From Euglena gracilis (lineage: Eukaryota), in contig CP154954.1 in assembly GCA_039621445.1 (NCBI GenBank), forward strand, positions 25,494,954 to 25,558,953: DNA of 64,000 bases, given 5' to 3'. Positions 54,046 to 64,000 of the stretch are shown in pieces (the first letter of the stretch is position 1; each line of letters opens with the position of its first letter). A program made the translations under genes and the position numbers. The notes under the pieces were generated by a model that saw only the letters and a list, made by a program, of their open reading frames with translations, did not search any database and was not told the origin of the DNA.

Positions 54046-57000
54046 TGTATGTATGTATGTATGTATGTATGTATGTATGTATGTATGTATGTATGTATGT
54101 ATGTATGTATGTATGTATGTATGTATGTATGTATGTATGTATGTATGTATGTATATGTATATATGTATACATATGATAATATATGTATGCATATATGTAT
54201 GTGGGCTGGCCCTTGGGCTTGGGCCAGGTCGGGGCGGGACGCGCGCATCAGGTCCCCTCCTCCTCCCCACGGCGGCCCCCCTGCCAACCAGCCCCCGCCC
54301 CGTGCCAGCCGCCCCGCCCCCTCGCCATGGTGCTGACCAACTCCCCGCCCCCCCGCCCCGCCAGGCCACCTCCCCCCGCCCTGGGCCGGACTGGGGGGGT
54401 GGAGGGGGGCGGACGGCATTCTGTTTCAGGCAAGTGCTTTTTTCAATTTTGGGGGTATTTTAAGGCTTTTTGAGGCATTTATTTTCCAAGGCACAGTCCG
54501 GACATCAAACCAACGTCGGTCCGATTCAAAAGCCAAAAAAAAAGTCGAAAAACTCATTTAGGTGGATGGCAGTTTTCCAGCGATGCCAAAAAAAATCATT
54601 TTTTTCCCGGGTTAGCTTGTTTTGCCAATATTTTTCTTCATTATTTATTGCTAGGTCAGAGAAAATTCTGCCAAAATGACTGATGTTGACTGACTGGTGT
54701 TTTGAGGCATTTTAAGGCGCATCGTGTTGTTTCAGGTTTTTTAAGTTGCGGTATTGCCTAGGTGGGTGAGGGGTGTGGTTTGGTGGCCAATGGGGGGGGG
54801 ACCGCAAACAGGGGATCGGGGCACCCCACACACCCATAAATTAATGGAATTTAATTGATTTATTTTTTTTAATTAATCAACTAAAAGCGTGTCCCAAACG
54901 CCATTCTTGTTCTGACGCATCATCACATTTGAAAGGATCGGCATTGCAAATCGGTGCGCGTCGGACAAGCGGCCAGCAGCCCCGCCCGGCGCCCAAGCTG
55001 GGGGCGCGGTCCCCCTGGAAGGGCCGGCTAGGCAGCAGCCGCATGTCCAAGACCGAGTCCCTCGCCAACAAGCAAGGCTCCATGGCCGCAGCCGGCTCGA
55101 GCGTTGGTTGAGAGACACGTTCAAGAGGCAAATACCCCCTCCGTTGTAAGGCAGGGTGCGCTGTGGCCAACGAGGGTTGCTGGGGGTGGTGGCGTCGGGC
55201 TACGCGTCCAAACAGTGTACAGTTGTAGTGATCTTTTCGAAGGGGTTGCATATTTTTTCCCTCATAAACCAGGGTTTTGCCAAAAAAAAACACAACAGAC
55301 AGTTCAGAGTGTGTCTCTGAGGTGGGAGATATCCAAGAAAGTTGTGTTTTTGAGGCATTTGCATTTGCATAGTAAATTGTTGAATGGCTGGCCATTCCTT
55401 TGTTTGGTTAGCCTGGGGGGGGAGAGGTGCTCAAGAACAGACTTGTTCACTCCGTCGGCTAGGGCTCCTCTGCTTGCACCCTGTACTTGGAAGGGTAAAT
55501 CTGATCCCCCCTGCCTGCCAGAAAGGTTCGCTGATCAATGTACTCCACACAGTGGCAGTTAAACCAGCTTTTGTGTGCAGGTCCTCCTCCAAAAATAAAG
55601 ATGAGTGTTGAACCAACATGAAAGGGAGGGTCCTCCAAAGGACTCCTCAAAGAGAGGTCCTCCAAAAGTTCGTCGGAAATTTTCCATTACTTTGTCTCCG
55701 ATTATGTTCCAAAATAGGTGTTTCCAAATCAGAAGCAGAGATTCTGCTGTGCCCTTTTTGACGCATACTGAGTACAAAAATGAGAACCACAAACGCTTAC
55801 ATTTTCAGCGTTTTCTTTCAGTCTCGATTCCGTCAACTTTTTTCAGTCTCCATTAAAAAGCAATCTTTCAATTATGATTGGTTTCCCAAAATGCTTGAGG
55901 TTTTTCCACATTTTTTTAAAGGTTTGGAAATCAAGATATATATATATAAGGTAGCAAGAGTTTACTCGGCCCACGGGCCGAGTAAAGTCTCCAGGGGGGG
56001 GGTCCGTGTAGCATCCCCCACGCCCAAGCTTCGGGAAAATTCGGGGCTATTTCTCGGGATAGGGTTAGGGTTCCGACCGGATTCCGGGACGGCGCCCCCA
56101 TTTGGAATTTAGGGAGAGGTTCGGCCGCATTGCCGACAGTTTCCGACCGAATTAGGGTCGAATTGCGGTAAAATTACGACGAAAGGGCGACCCAAAAATC
56201 TTCAAAACGGCGACCTAACTTCCGGCCTAACTTTATCCCTAAAACGCGCCAATTTTCTGTGCGCCGATTCTTACCCTAACCATATTCCTCTGATAATAAG
56301 TGCGGAATCTCCCCGGATCCGACAGATTTGGCCCGGATCCGGCGCTGTTCCGGGGCCCCGCGGGGCCGAAACGGGGGGAACGGGGGACGCGGGGGATGCT
56401 ACACGGACCCCCCCCTGGAGACTTTACTCTAAAGTCTTGCTAAAGTCTTGCTGCCATATATAAATATAATATATGTTATATACTAATAGACGTGTATATG
56501 TGCATATATATATATATATATATATCTGTATGTATAATAGATATAATTATAATATACAAAATAAACGAAACCGCTGAATTCTCCGTCACCGTGGAGCCAG
56601 CCCTCAAGAGGTGCCCAACGCTGGCGCCTCCGGCTTCGAGGGGGCCCCGGGGTCGATCCATGAGCCGCCGGAGCTGGACCTCGACGCGGACCTGGAGAAG
56701 GAGCTGTCCCTGGAGCCGGAGGTGGTGGAGGAGGTGCCCCACGTGTTCCGGATCGTCCTGACGGGAGGGCCCTGTGGGGGTGTGCCATCCTTCCGGAAAT
56801 TCCTGCTCTTGCGGTGGACCATGCTCAATGATGATTTCGACTCCCCCGTTGGCACTCTTTCTCCGTTGGGTTGTATAATAACGTTCTGTGTTCTTTGTCA
56901 TCCCCATCCCAGGCCTGAAACCCCATATGGGTGGTGGGTGGGGGGTCGACCCTCTCCCATTTTTTGTGGGTGCCCCCCCCCACCAGGACGGATTTGAGGT

Positions 57001-60000
57001 GGGAGTTTTTTTAAATTTTCTCTTCGGCTCCAAAGGAATTTACGCTTGTGCGGTGCTGTGGTGGGGGTGGGGATCGGCCCCCAGACCTTCCGGTGCAACC
57101 CCGCGCCCCCTCGTTGGTGCAGCACGGAGTCTGCCGCCACCGCCGTCAGTCTGGAGCCACCCCCCCACCCATGACGTCCCTCCCCGCCTGCCGGTTTCCC
57201 TCGCAGGTAAGACGACTGCGCTCTCCACCATCGCGGACTACCTCCGGTCCCTGGGCACCCAGGTCCGTGTGCTCCCCAGCCCTGTGCCGCGCCTGCCAGC
57301 GGGCGGTGCGTGGCAGCATTATCTCTGCAACACGGCTGATGGCGCATCACGTGCTGTGCAGCTTTTCGTTCGGCGGTAGAGCATAGGATGGCCCCCAAAG
57401 TTCGATGGGAATCGGGCAATTTCACGGGAACTGCAAGAAAACGGTGAAAACACAGCCCGGCTATCCACCCAAATTTTCCCCCTGAGACCCCCCCCCCATA
57501 GCTTACATTTGCGTACGTTTCGAAAGTGAGCTTTTCGTCCGCTGGCAGCGCTGCCCCGCCCCCCACAGGTGTTCATGGTGCCGGAGAACGCCACCATCTT
57601 CGCCAACGGCGGGGCGGGCTTCCCGGTGCACTCCTCCAAGGCGCAGCAGATGTGCTGGGAGCAGGGCTGTGCAGGAATCCCCACAACCTTATGGGGGGGG
57701 GGTCGACCCCCCACCCCCATCCTGGTGGTCGGGGGGGGGGGGTCCCGACAACCCCTCCCCGCCAGGCTTTCCCGTGCAGCCCTGGCCGGGAGAGCTCCCG
57801 CATCATGTGCCAGATGAAGATGGAGGGCCAGCGGCCCCTTGGCGCCACCCCCCCCCGGTCGGGACGCTCTTGTTTGAAAAGAATGGAAGTGTTTTTTTGC
57901 CGCTGCGGCCCATCCCCCTGGGCACTCTGGGCATTGGTGAGACGCCGCCAAAGTTTCGGTATTTCGGCATCGACCTCGCCAAAATTTTGATGTCGACCTC
58001 TGCTACCCTTCACATTCCCCGAAAAGAGGTGCCTCATCATCGTCGCCATTACTGAGTCGGGATTTGAATTCTTTTTTGATGTTTCCCAGGGCGTTTTGTG
58101 TCTCGCCGCCAAGTAACATAGGGGCCTTTGTTTTGCACAGGAGGATGGCAGGAGGTCGATGGCCCCGCTTCCCGTCTCGTTTCTGAGATGGATGCAGCCA
58201 TGCCCCGACGTACCCGGCTCGGCCTCCTCCACCTGAGATTGCCATCCTGGAGGCATCAACAGAGTGCAAATTGCATTATTTCCTGGAACAGCAGAAAGTT
58301 GCCCACGTGTTGAAAACGTGGTGGTTTTTGGAAGGCCTGGAAGTGACAGGGAGACAACAAGAAGGCCAGCCAGTGCAAGATCATTCGAGGGCAAGTATTA
58401 CCCCAACCCCGGGGGGGGGGGGGCAGGAGAGTGGGCAATGCACCGCTGCGGGGGACTGCTTCATCCAGATCGCGAAGTCGAGCGGCAAGCCCACCGTGGT
58501 GCTGTGCGACCGCGGGACGATGGACGCTGCAGCCTACATGGACTCGCAGGTCTGACCCCACCCCACCTTTGAAGAGTACTGGCTGGGGCTCAAATGATCC
58601 GTCGAATGAAGCCCGATGTGTAGAGACCAGGTCAAGCGCATTGGCTGGAAATTTCGAGTTTGCTGAAAAAGGCTCCAGGCTAACTCCCATCCCCTGGGTT
58701 GGGGTCCCAATGCTGGGAGCAGACCAGCGCTCGCACCCAACGTAGGAAACATGGAGGTGGAGATGTGAAAGCAAAAAGAGCAAGGCATTTTTTGATTTTG
58801 AAGTTCCATACAAAACGTTGCATACAAAATTGATCAGGAAAAAAATTGGTTGGGCAAAAATCGCCCAAATATTTCCTCAGCATTTTAAGGATTCCGCCCA
58901 ATTTTTTCACCGACTGTGCACTTGAAGCATCTCCAGAAAAAGATATACCAAATGGTTGTTTTCTGGATGAATTCTGGTTTTTGTTCCTTTTTTCTGAACT
59001 CAATCTAATGAATTCTGGATAAAAGGAAGGGACATATGCCAAGGGGCTAAGGGCTGATAACTCGGTGGCCGAGAGTTCAGCGCCGGACCGAGGGGTCGTG
59101 CATTGATTGTCATTCAGCATCATGTTTTCTAGAAGGAGAACCACCACTCACTTATTTCCAGACCAATTACCATAGTTTGGGTGCCCAAATATGTGCCCAA
59201 TTTTTCCGCAATCAATTTTTCCTGAACTAATTTATACAGGACCAATTTTTGACCCCTCCCCCAGTATTTTTCAACCCGATTTTGGCCTAATTTAGGAATC
59301 CATTTCAAAATGCAACGGCGTTATTGTCCACGACGATTAAATCAGGAGTAAGGCCGAGGCTGGAAATAGGCTAGCTGGCTGACCTCCCCAGCAGCTTCAC
59401 CAATAAAGGGATTCAGGAGGTTTTCGCATCATATCAGCAGTGCAGCATGGCAATTCTGCTTTTCTTTGAGTCTTCTTTTGCTTACAGGTTTATTCATGTT
59501 TTTCTAATACGTTTCACCTGCATTATTCCGATCGATTGTAGTGTGGTGGCATCTAGGCAGAGCAACATCTCATGGAGCGAAAAGGACCGTGCCAGGATGG
59601 GGGTTTGTGGCACCTCCGTGCAATGATTCCGCAGCGCTGGAACGAGCTAATGGAGCAGATGGGATGGCCAGGGATAGTCCGGCGCTGTGGCAGCAAAGCG
59701 CCCCCTCCCCCTGATGGGGTCTGTCCACGGACCCGGAGGATGGCGGCTGGCTTGGTCCTGGGTGGCCCCCGCACGCCTGGTTTCAGGCATGGCGACGCAG
59801 GAGTGGCCAACGTTGGCACTCCCACTGCCCCCCCCCCGGCCGGTCCCTGAGGGCCGGCAGACGGACATGCTGCGGGAGGAACGGTACGACGCGGTGATCC
59901 ACCTGCACTCCACGGCCATCGGGGCGGAGGACTACTACACGCTGAGCAACAACCAGGCCCGGCGGGAGGGGCTGCAGCAGGCCGCGGAGCTGGATCAGAA

Positions 60001-62944
60001 GATCGCCGCGGTGTGGGCTGGCGGGGGCCTGGGAGCGTCGGGGGCAGTTTGGCCTGGGGTCCATCCAACCGAGAGAGGATTTTTTTTTCTTGGCATGAAA
60101 TTCAAAGTAAGCACATATTGAAAGTCCTCGTCCTCTCATCCAGTCGTTCTCCGCCTGTCATTTGACCTTAGAAAAAAAAACACACCTTGGGGGGAAAGTA
60201 TGGCGCTTCGAACCAAAATTCATTTGATAATTCATGGACTCCTTCAGCCTCCTCGTATTTGTTTCCCCCTGTGGCACGCCGGCCCCACGCTGCCTCTTCC
60301 CCCCCTTCCAGCCCTCCTGTCTGTCGCCAGGTGTGGAAGGGCCACCCCCACGTGGAGTACATCGACAACTCCACGGACTTCCCGCAGAAGATCATCCGCG
60401 TCGTGGAGGCCATCTGCCGCATCCTCGGCATGCACGCCCCGACGTCCAACGGCTTCTTCAAGTGTGCTGCCCCCCCCCTGCTTTGTATCACCCACGCCGG
60501 GCGCTGGCAGTGCAGCGGTGTGTTTCGGGGGGGCTCCGGCGTTGGTGCGGACAAGGCCACAGACAAGCGGTGTGTGTGTCACACGGCGAGGCAGTTGACC
60601 CCGAGCAGATGGTCTCTTTTTCGAAATATCTGCCTGTGGGGAGGGGGTCCAGGGCTGGAAACAGGCTGCCGGCTGGCTGGACCCCCTCTCCTGTGGGGGT
60701 GGGTGACCCTCCGGCTTCAGGGGTGCCCTGATTCGAGGACGAAAAGGGGGCGAATCGACATCGCCCTGTGGTTCCAGGTAGCTATCTTTTCTGTTGTTGT
60801 TTTTTGTTTTTGAGACCTGGTCGTAGCCGAAAAATACTGGTCTCGGCGATCCCCAGGCCAGCCAGGTCTGTTCAACACTCTGTTCGCATAGGATTATCGA
60901 AGTTCCAAAATAGTCCAGCAACAACCATGTGCAGGAATAGGAAAAAAAGATTGACAAGGAAGAGGAAGATGATATGGAAAAGGAACAAAGGATAAGGTCA
61001 AACACGGTTTGCTGGCTTCTGCACCCACCTCCCCTACCCCAGGGTATGAAGTGAGTGAAAATCTGGGCTGCTGCTGGCTGACTGCCACACCCCACTGGGT
61101 CCCATGGCTAGAACTAGGCCCGAAGCTGGGGTCGAACCAGGTTCAAAAAAAAAGATCGAAATGTCAAAATGACCAAATAACAGTGCGGTAACAGCAATTC
61201 CAATAACAAGTAATTCCAATAACAGTGCGGACAAAATCACAGGAGACCCCTCCACCGGGGGGGGGGGGCGCTGGGGGACCCAAAAGTGCCAAAAAGTGTC
61301 CAAAATGCTTTGTAAACAGATCTGTGCAGTTTTGGGGGGGTCTTCGGCCAGAAATTGGGGGTTTTTGTGCAGGAATTTGTTTTGGCCAATTTTGTGGAAA
61401 TCTAAGCCCGTCTGCTGAAAGCCCTTGAGAAGAGCTTTCGATCAAGGGGCAACATGGCTGGTGCAACATTGCGAGCAGGGTCGGAACATGCGATCGGCGA
61501 TTTTCAGAGCGCTGGGCATTGTGGCTGAGTTCTGTGGGCAGCAAGCGAAAGGCCTTGGGGAGAGCTTTCGATTGATGTGCTACATGGTACACCCCCCTCC
61601 CCCTCCCTCATTTATTGCCTTGGGTGGGGGGGGTGCACGGGCTGCCTGTATGTATGTATGTATGTATGTATGTATGTATGTATGTATGTATGTATGTATG
61701 TATGTATGTATGTATGTATGTATGTATGTATGCATGCATGCATGCATGCATGCATGCATGCATGCATGCATGCATGCATGTATGTATGTATGTATGTATG
61801 TATGCATGCATGCATGCATGCATGCATGCATGTATGTATGTATGTTTGTATGTATGTATGTATGTATGTATGTATGTATGTATGTATGTATGTATGTATG
61901 TATGTATGTATGTATGTATGTATGTATGTATGTATGTATGTATCTCGCCGCGGGGCCGCAGGGTGTTCGGCATCTCCCGGGATTTCAAGGACGTGCTGCC
62001 CCGGCTGTGCATCCGCTTCGAGGAGTTCTTCGTCCAGACCGATTTCCTCAAGAACTCCGGCCCGCGCGCCGTCCTTCCCCCTCCCCTCCCCTCCGACACA
62101 CCTCTTCCCACACCGGCTCGGCGGAGGCTTCCGCAGTCTCTCAGTACGGACCGGCGGGGTTCTCTGGCCCACCGCTGTGTCTGTCCGCCGGGCAAAGGGT
62201 GTGGCGTTGTGCCGTGCGACGCGGTTTGGCGGTTTGGCGGTGGCGGTGCCTCAACACCCGCTGTGTGAGGCACCGCCATCCCCGACCCGCCCCCGACCTA
62301 CCCCAGCCGGCAGCCCCGGCCCCGCCCCTTACCGACTCCAGCCGACATCCCCGACCCGCCCCCTACCTACCCCAGCCGGCAACCCCGGTCCCGCCCCCTA
62401 CCGACTCCAGCCGACATCCCCAACCCGCCCCTTACCGACTCCAACTGGCAGCCCCTGGCCCGCCCCCTACCTACCCCAGCCGGCAGCCCCGGCCCCGGGG
62501 ACGGCGGGCGGCCCGCAGCGCGGAGAACAACCAGAGCGTGCGGGTGCGCCGGCAGCGCGACCACGCCTCGGAGCTGTCCCTCTACACCTGCCGGGGGCAG
62601 CGGTGGGCAGTGTCGCTGGTTCGGGGGATGGGCGGTCGACATCGAATTCCTTCTGCAGCTTTCCTGGACATATTTCTGGACAAATCCCGGAAAGATTTTT
62701 CCGAAATTTTTCCCAAAAACCTCCAACGCCAACCCTCAACTGCGTGTCTGCGGCATGTTCAGGGCAGGCAACTTCGGGGTGACTTGCGTAGGACCCAGCC
62801 ATTCTTCTGCAATTCCTGCACCCGTCCTCCCCTCCTCCCCTCCCCGCCACCACCAGCCCCGCCACCGGCGTGCTCGCCAACAACAAGGTGGCAATCGAGG
62901 AGCGGGCCATCGACGCCAAGGAGTATTTCTCACTGTTGAAGCAG
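53504..62944 (+). CDS. Ttd14: Ttd14-like protein (P-loop NadR/Ttd14 AAA domain + CYTH-like C-terminal region), multi-exon, 3' end beyond window. Well-supported exons: 56609-56779, 57207-57262, 57569-57658, 57790-57825, 58454-58549, 59635-59665, 59856-60010, 60331-60461, 61962-62058, 62517-62602, 62857-62944. Probable 5' exons: 53504-53575, 53659-~53709, ~54960-55076
   Basis: The spliced translation keeps phase at every junction: HVFRIVLTGGPCG|GKTTALSTIADYLRSLGTQ|VFMVPENATIFANGG...CW|ESSRIMCQMKME|DCFIQIAKSSGKPTVVLCDRGTMDAAAYMDSQ|RWNELMEQMG|WQTDMLREERYDAVIHLHSTAIGAEDYYTLSNNQARREG...KIAA|VWKGHPHVEYIDNSTDF...GFFK|VFG...QTDFLKNS|SAENNQSVRVRRQR...YT...|PATGVLANNKVAIEERAIDAKEYFSLLKQ. Walker A TGGPCGGKTT, CDRGxMD, RYDAVxHL, AxGAExYYT.xNN and WxGHP...IDNS are motifs I recognise from the Ttd14 family. 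Linkage of the 5' exons is less certain. Confidence 0.85.
53576..53658 (+). other. Nonconventional (non-GT-AG) stem-forming intron, MITE-derived
   Basis: C|GGCCAGGGCTGGCCGGGAAG...CTTCCCGTACCGCCCTGCCTCC|G. CAG at +4..+6 and CTG at -8..-6, complementary ends. Removal gives PSFPP|GSLPSSPQ. Flanks cccccggc/cctccggc (7/8 match). Confidence 0.75.
53853..54201 (+). repeat. (TATG)n / (TA)-rich microsatellite
   Basis: Direct inspection. Confidence 0.97.
55942..56462. mobile_element. Long-TIR foldback element inserted in a TA-repeat, probably inside an intron
   Basis: GAGTAAAGTCTCCAGGGGGGGGGTCCGTGTAGCATCCCCC (55980-56019) is inverted at 56391-56429. The outer ends TATATAAGGTAGCAAGA / TCTTGCTGCCATATATA lie in (TA)n. 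Confidence 0.8.
57659..57789 (+). other. Nonconventional intron, a complete short MITE copy
   Basis: GAGCAGGGCTGTGCAGGAA...TTCCCGTGCAGCCCTGGCCGG. CAG at +4, CTG at -8. Removal restores the conserved frame (CW|ESSRIM). Flanks gctgggag/gccgggag (7/8 match). Confidence 0.85.
57826..58453 (+). other. Nonconventional intron
   Basis: GGCCAGCGG...CCGCTGCGGGG. CAG +4 and CTG -8, with CAGCGG/CCGCTG pairing. Joins KME|DCF in frame, and no GT-AG alternative was found. Confidence 0.8.
58828..59233. mobile_element. Diverged MITE within intron 58550-59634
   Basis: Imperfect inverted ends AATTGATCAGGAAAAAAATTGGTT / AATCAATTTTTCCTGAACTAATT. Confidence 0.5.
59666..59855 (+). other. Nonconventional intron
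   Basis: GGCCAGGGATAGTCCGG...CCGGCCGGTCCCTGAGGGCC. The ends pair, with CTG at -9 (one nt off consensus). Joins T|GG = Trp in frame. The boundary is ambiguous by up to 3 nt (GGC repeat). Confidence 0.7.
61647..61943 (+). repeat. (TATG)n/(CATG)n microsatellite inside intron 60462-61961
   Basis: Direct inspection. Confidence 0.98.
62059..62516 (+). other. Nonconventional intron with CCG/CGG in place of CAG/CTG
   Basis: C|GGCCCGCGCGCCGTCC...GGACGGCGGGCGGCCCGC|A. 12/13 complementary positions starting at +4/-6, with Y|R at both junctions. Joins KNS|SAEN in frame. Confidence 0.7.
62277..62496 (+). repeat. C-rich minisatellite (~35/70-nt units, CCGCCCCYTACC core)
   Basis: Repeated CCCGCCCCCTACCTACCCCAGCCGGCAGCCCC and CCGCCCCTTACCGACTCCAGCCGACATCCCC. 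Confidence 0.85.
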
Positions 62945-63614
62945 GTGCGTCTGTGCGCTTCACGATGTGTGGGCACGTTGTGACACCGCCCAAGTATCAT
63001 CCAAAATCCAAAATTGATCACACCCATTTCTTTCGAATTTGGGTGGATGGGCACGATGCCAGAAATCATTTTTTCCGGAACCGGGTTGTTTTTGCCGAGA
63101 TTTTTGACTTCATTAATTTTTGCGAGTGGCAGTCTTAATGGGCCCGAGGGGTCCACAACAGGGCTGGACTAGCTGGTGGAGATTTTTTCCAGTGACCCGT
63201 GCGATTTGCCAAAAAACTTTGACCCCAAAACTTGCCAAAAAAAATGCCATTTTTGGGGATTTTTTGGAACAAAATCAGCCCAAAAAAAAACATCAAAACC
63301 TCATTTTCACCTCGACGCGCAACGCCAGAGGAATTCTTTTTCCAGTCGCCCAACCCCCCCCAGACCCCCCCGGACGGCTCGCTGACCCCCCCTGTCGAGT
63401 TCCGAATTCAACCAGACAAGGGGAGGGGAGAGGGGTTTTGGGACCCAAACTCGACTGCCTACCCCCCAATGACCACCCCATGGTCATAGGCCGCAGGCTG
63501 GAAAAGGCAACCACAGAATGATCTGATGCCCGTGCGTGCTTTATTTTACTTTATTACTATTATTATTTATTTTACTTTATTATTTGTTGTTACTCCCCGG
63601 GGAGGGGCGGGGGG

Positions 63615-63850
63615 TAAGGGGTCTTTTTAGTAGTTGACGCATGGGGGGGGGCGGGGGTAGGGTGGGTGGGTCCGGTCGAGCCCCCCCCCCCGGGGGGGGG
63701 GGGTCCCCCCCGGAGGGGGGTGGGATATACTTTTCGGCGCCGAAGGCGCCGAAAAAAGTGCTATTTTTAGCACTTTTCGCAATTTTTCGGCCATTTTTTG
63801 TGGGTCCCCCGGGACCCCCCCTCCCCCCCCCGGTCTTAAAAAAACCCCTG
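63615..63850. mobile_element. Family C MITE copy nested in a family D-like element (~63159-63944)
   Basis: Same palindrome and right end CTTAAAAAAACCCCTG. The surrounding sequence resembles 46908-47315. Confidence 0.7.
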
Positions 63851-64000
63851 AGGGGGGTCTTGGGGGGTCTAGCTGGTCAATTTTTTCCAATGTCCAGCAA
63901 AATGGCCGGCCAGTGGATCCCCGGGGTCCTTAGGCAGTAGCCTGATCCCAGCCAGCCGCCGCTGCTCTATCATGGCTGTGCCGCGGCAGCCGGGGGCGGC

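Noticed and set aside
62595-62856. Nonconventional start GGGCAG at 62595
   Set aside because: A canonical GT(62603)-AG(62856) with a pyrimidine tract gives the in-frame join, and there is no CTG at -8.
63941-64000. Next Ttd14 exon (PDPSQPPL)
   Set aside because: It overlaps a MITE terminus and is truncated by the window, so it cannot be supported.

Overview
This is eukaryotic, repeat-dense nuclear DNA, most consistent with a euglenid (Euglena-like) genome: small GC-rich exons, polypyrimidine-AG sites just before start codons (candidate spliced-leader trans-splice acceptors), and a mix of GT-AG introns and non-GT-AG stem-forming (nonconventional) introns. The one confidently identifiable gene is a Ttd14-like protein (P-loop NadR/Ttd14 AAA domain plus a CYTH-like region) on the + strand from about 53504, running off the window end. 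Its exons from 56609 to 62944 join in frame. One or two further low-complexity genes are only partly visible (5.3-12 kb, 33-37 kb). The rest is non-autonomous DNA transposons, decayed non-LTR retrotransposon fragments and microsatellites. Main finding: several hAT-like MITE families have CAG...CTG termini and perfect 8-bp TSDs, and nonconventional introns in the Ttd14-like gene look like such MITEs. The inferred splice points lie 3 nt before CAG and 5 nt after CTG (3+5 = 8 = TSD length), which restores the pre-insertion exon exactly, i.e. a hAT-MITE introner system. All splice junctions are inferred from reading frame and motif, not from transcripts. The long ORFs in the ORF track are mostly microsatellite or GC artefacts.
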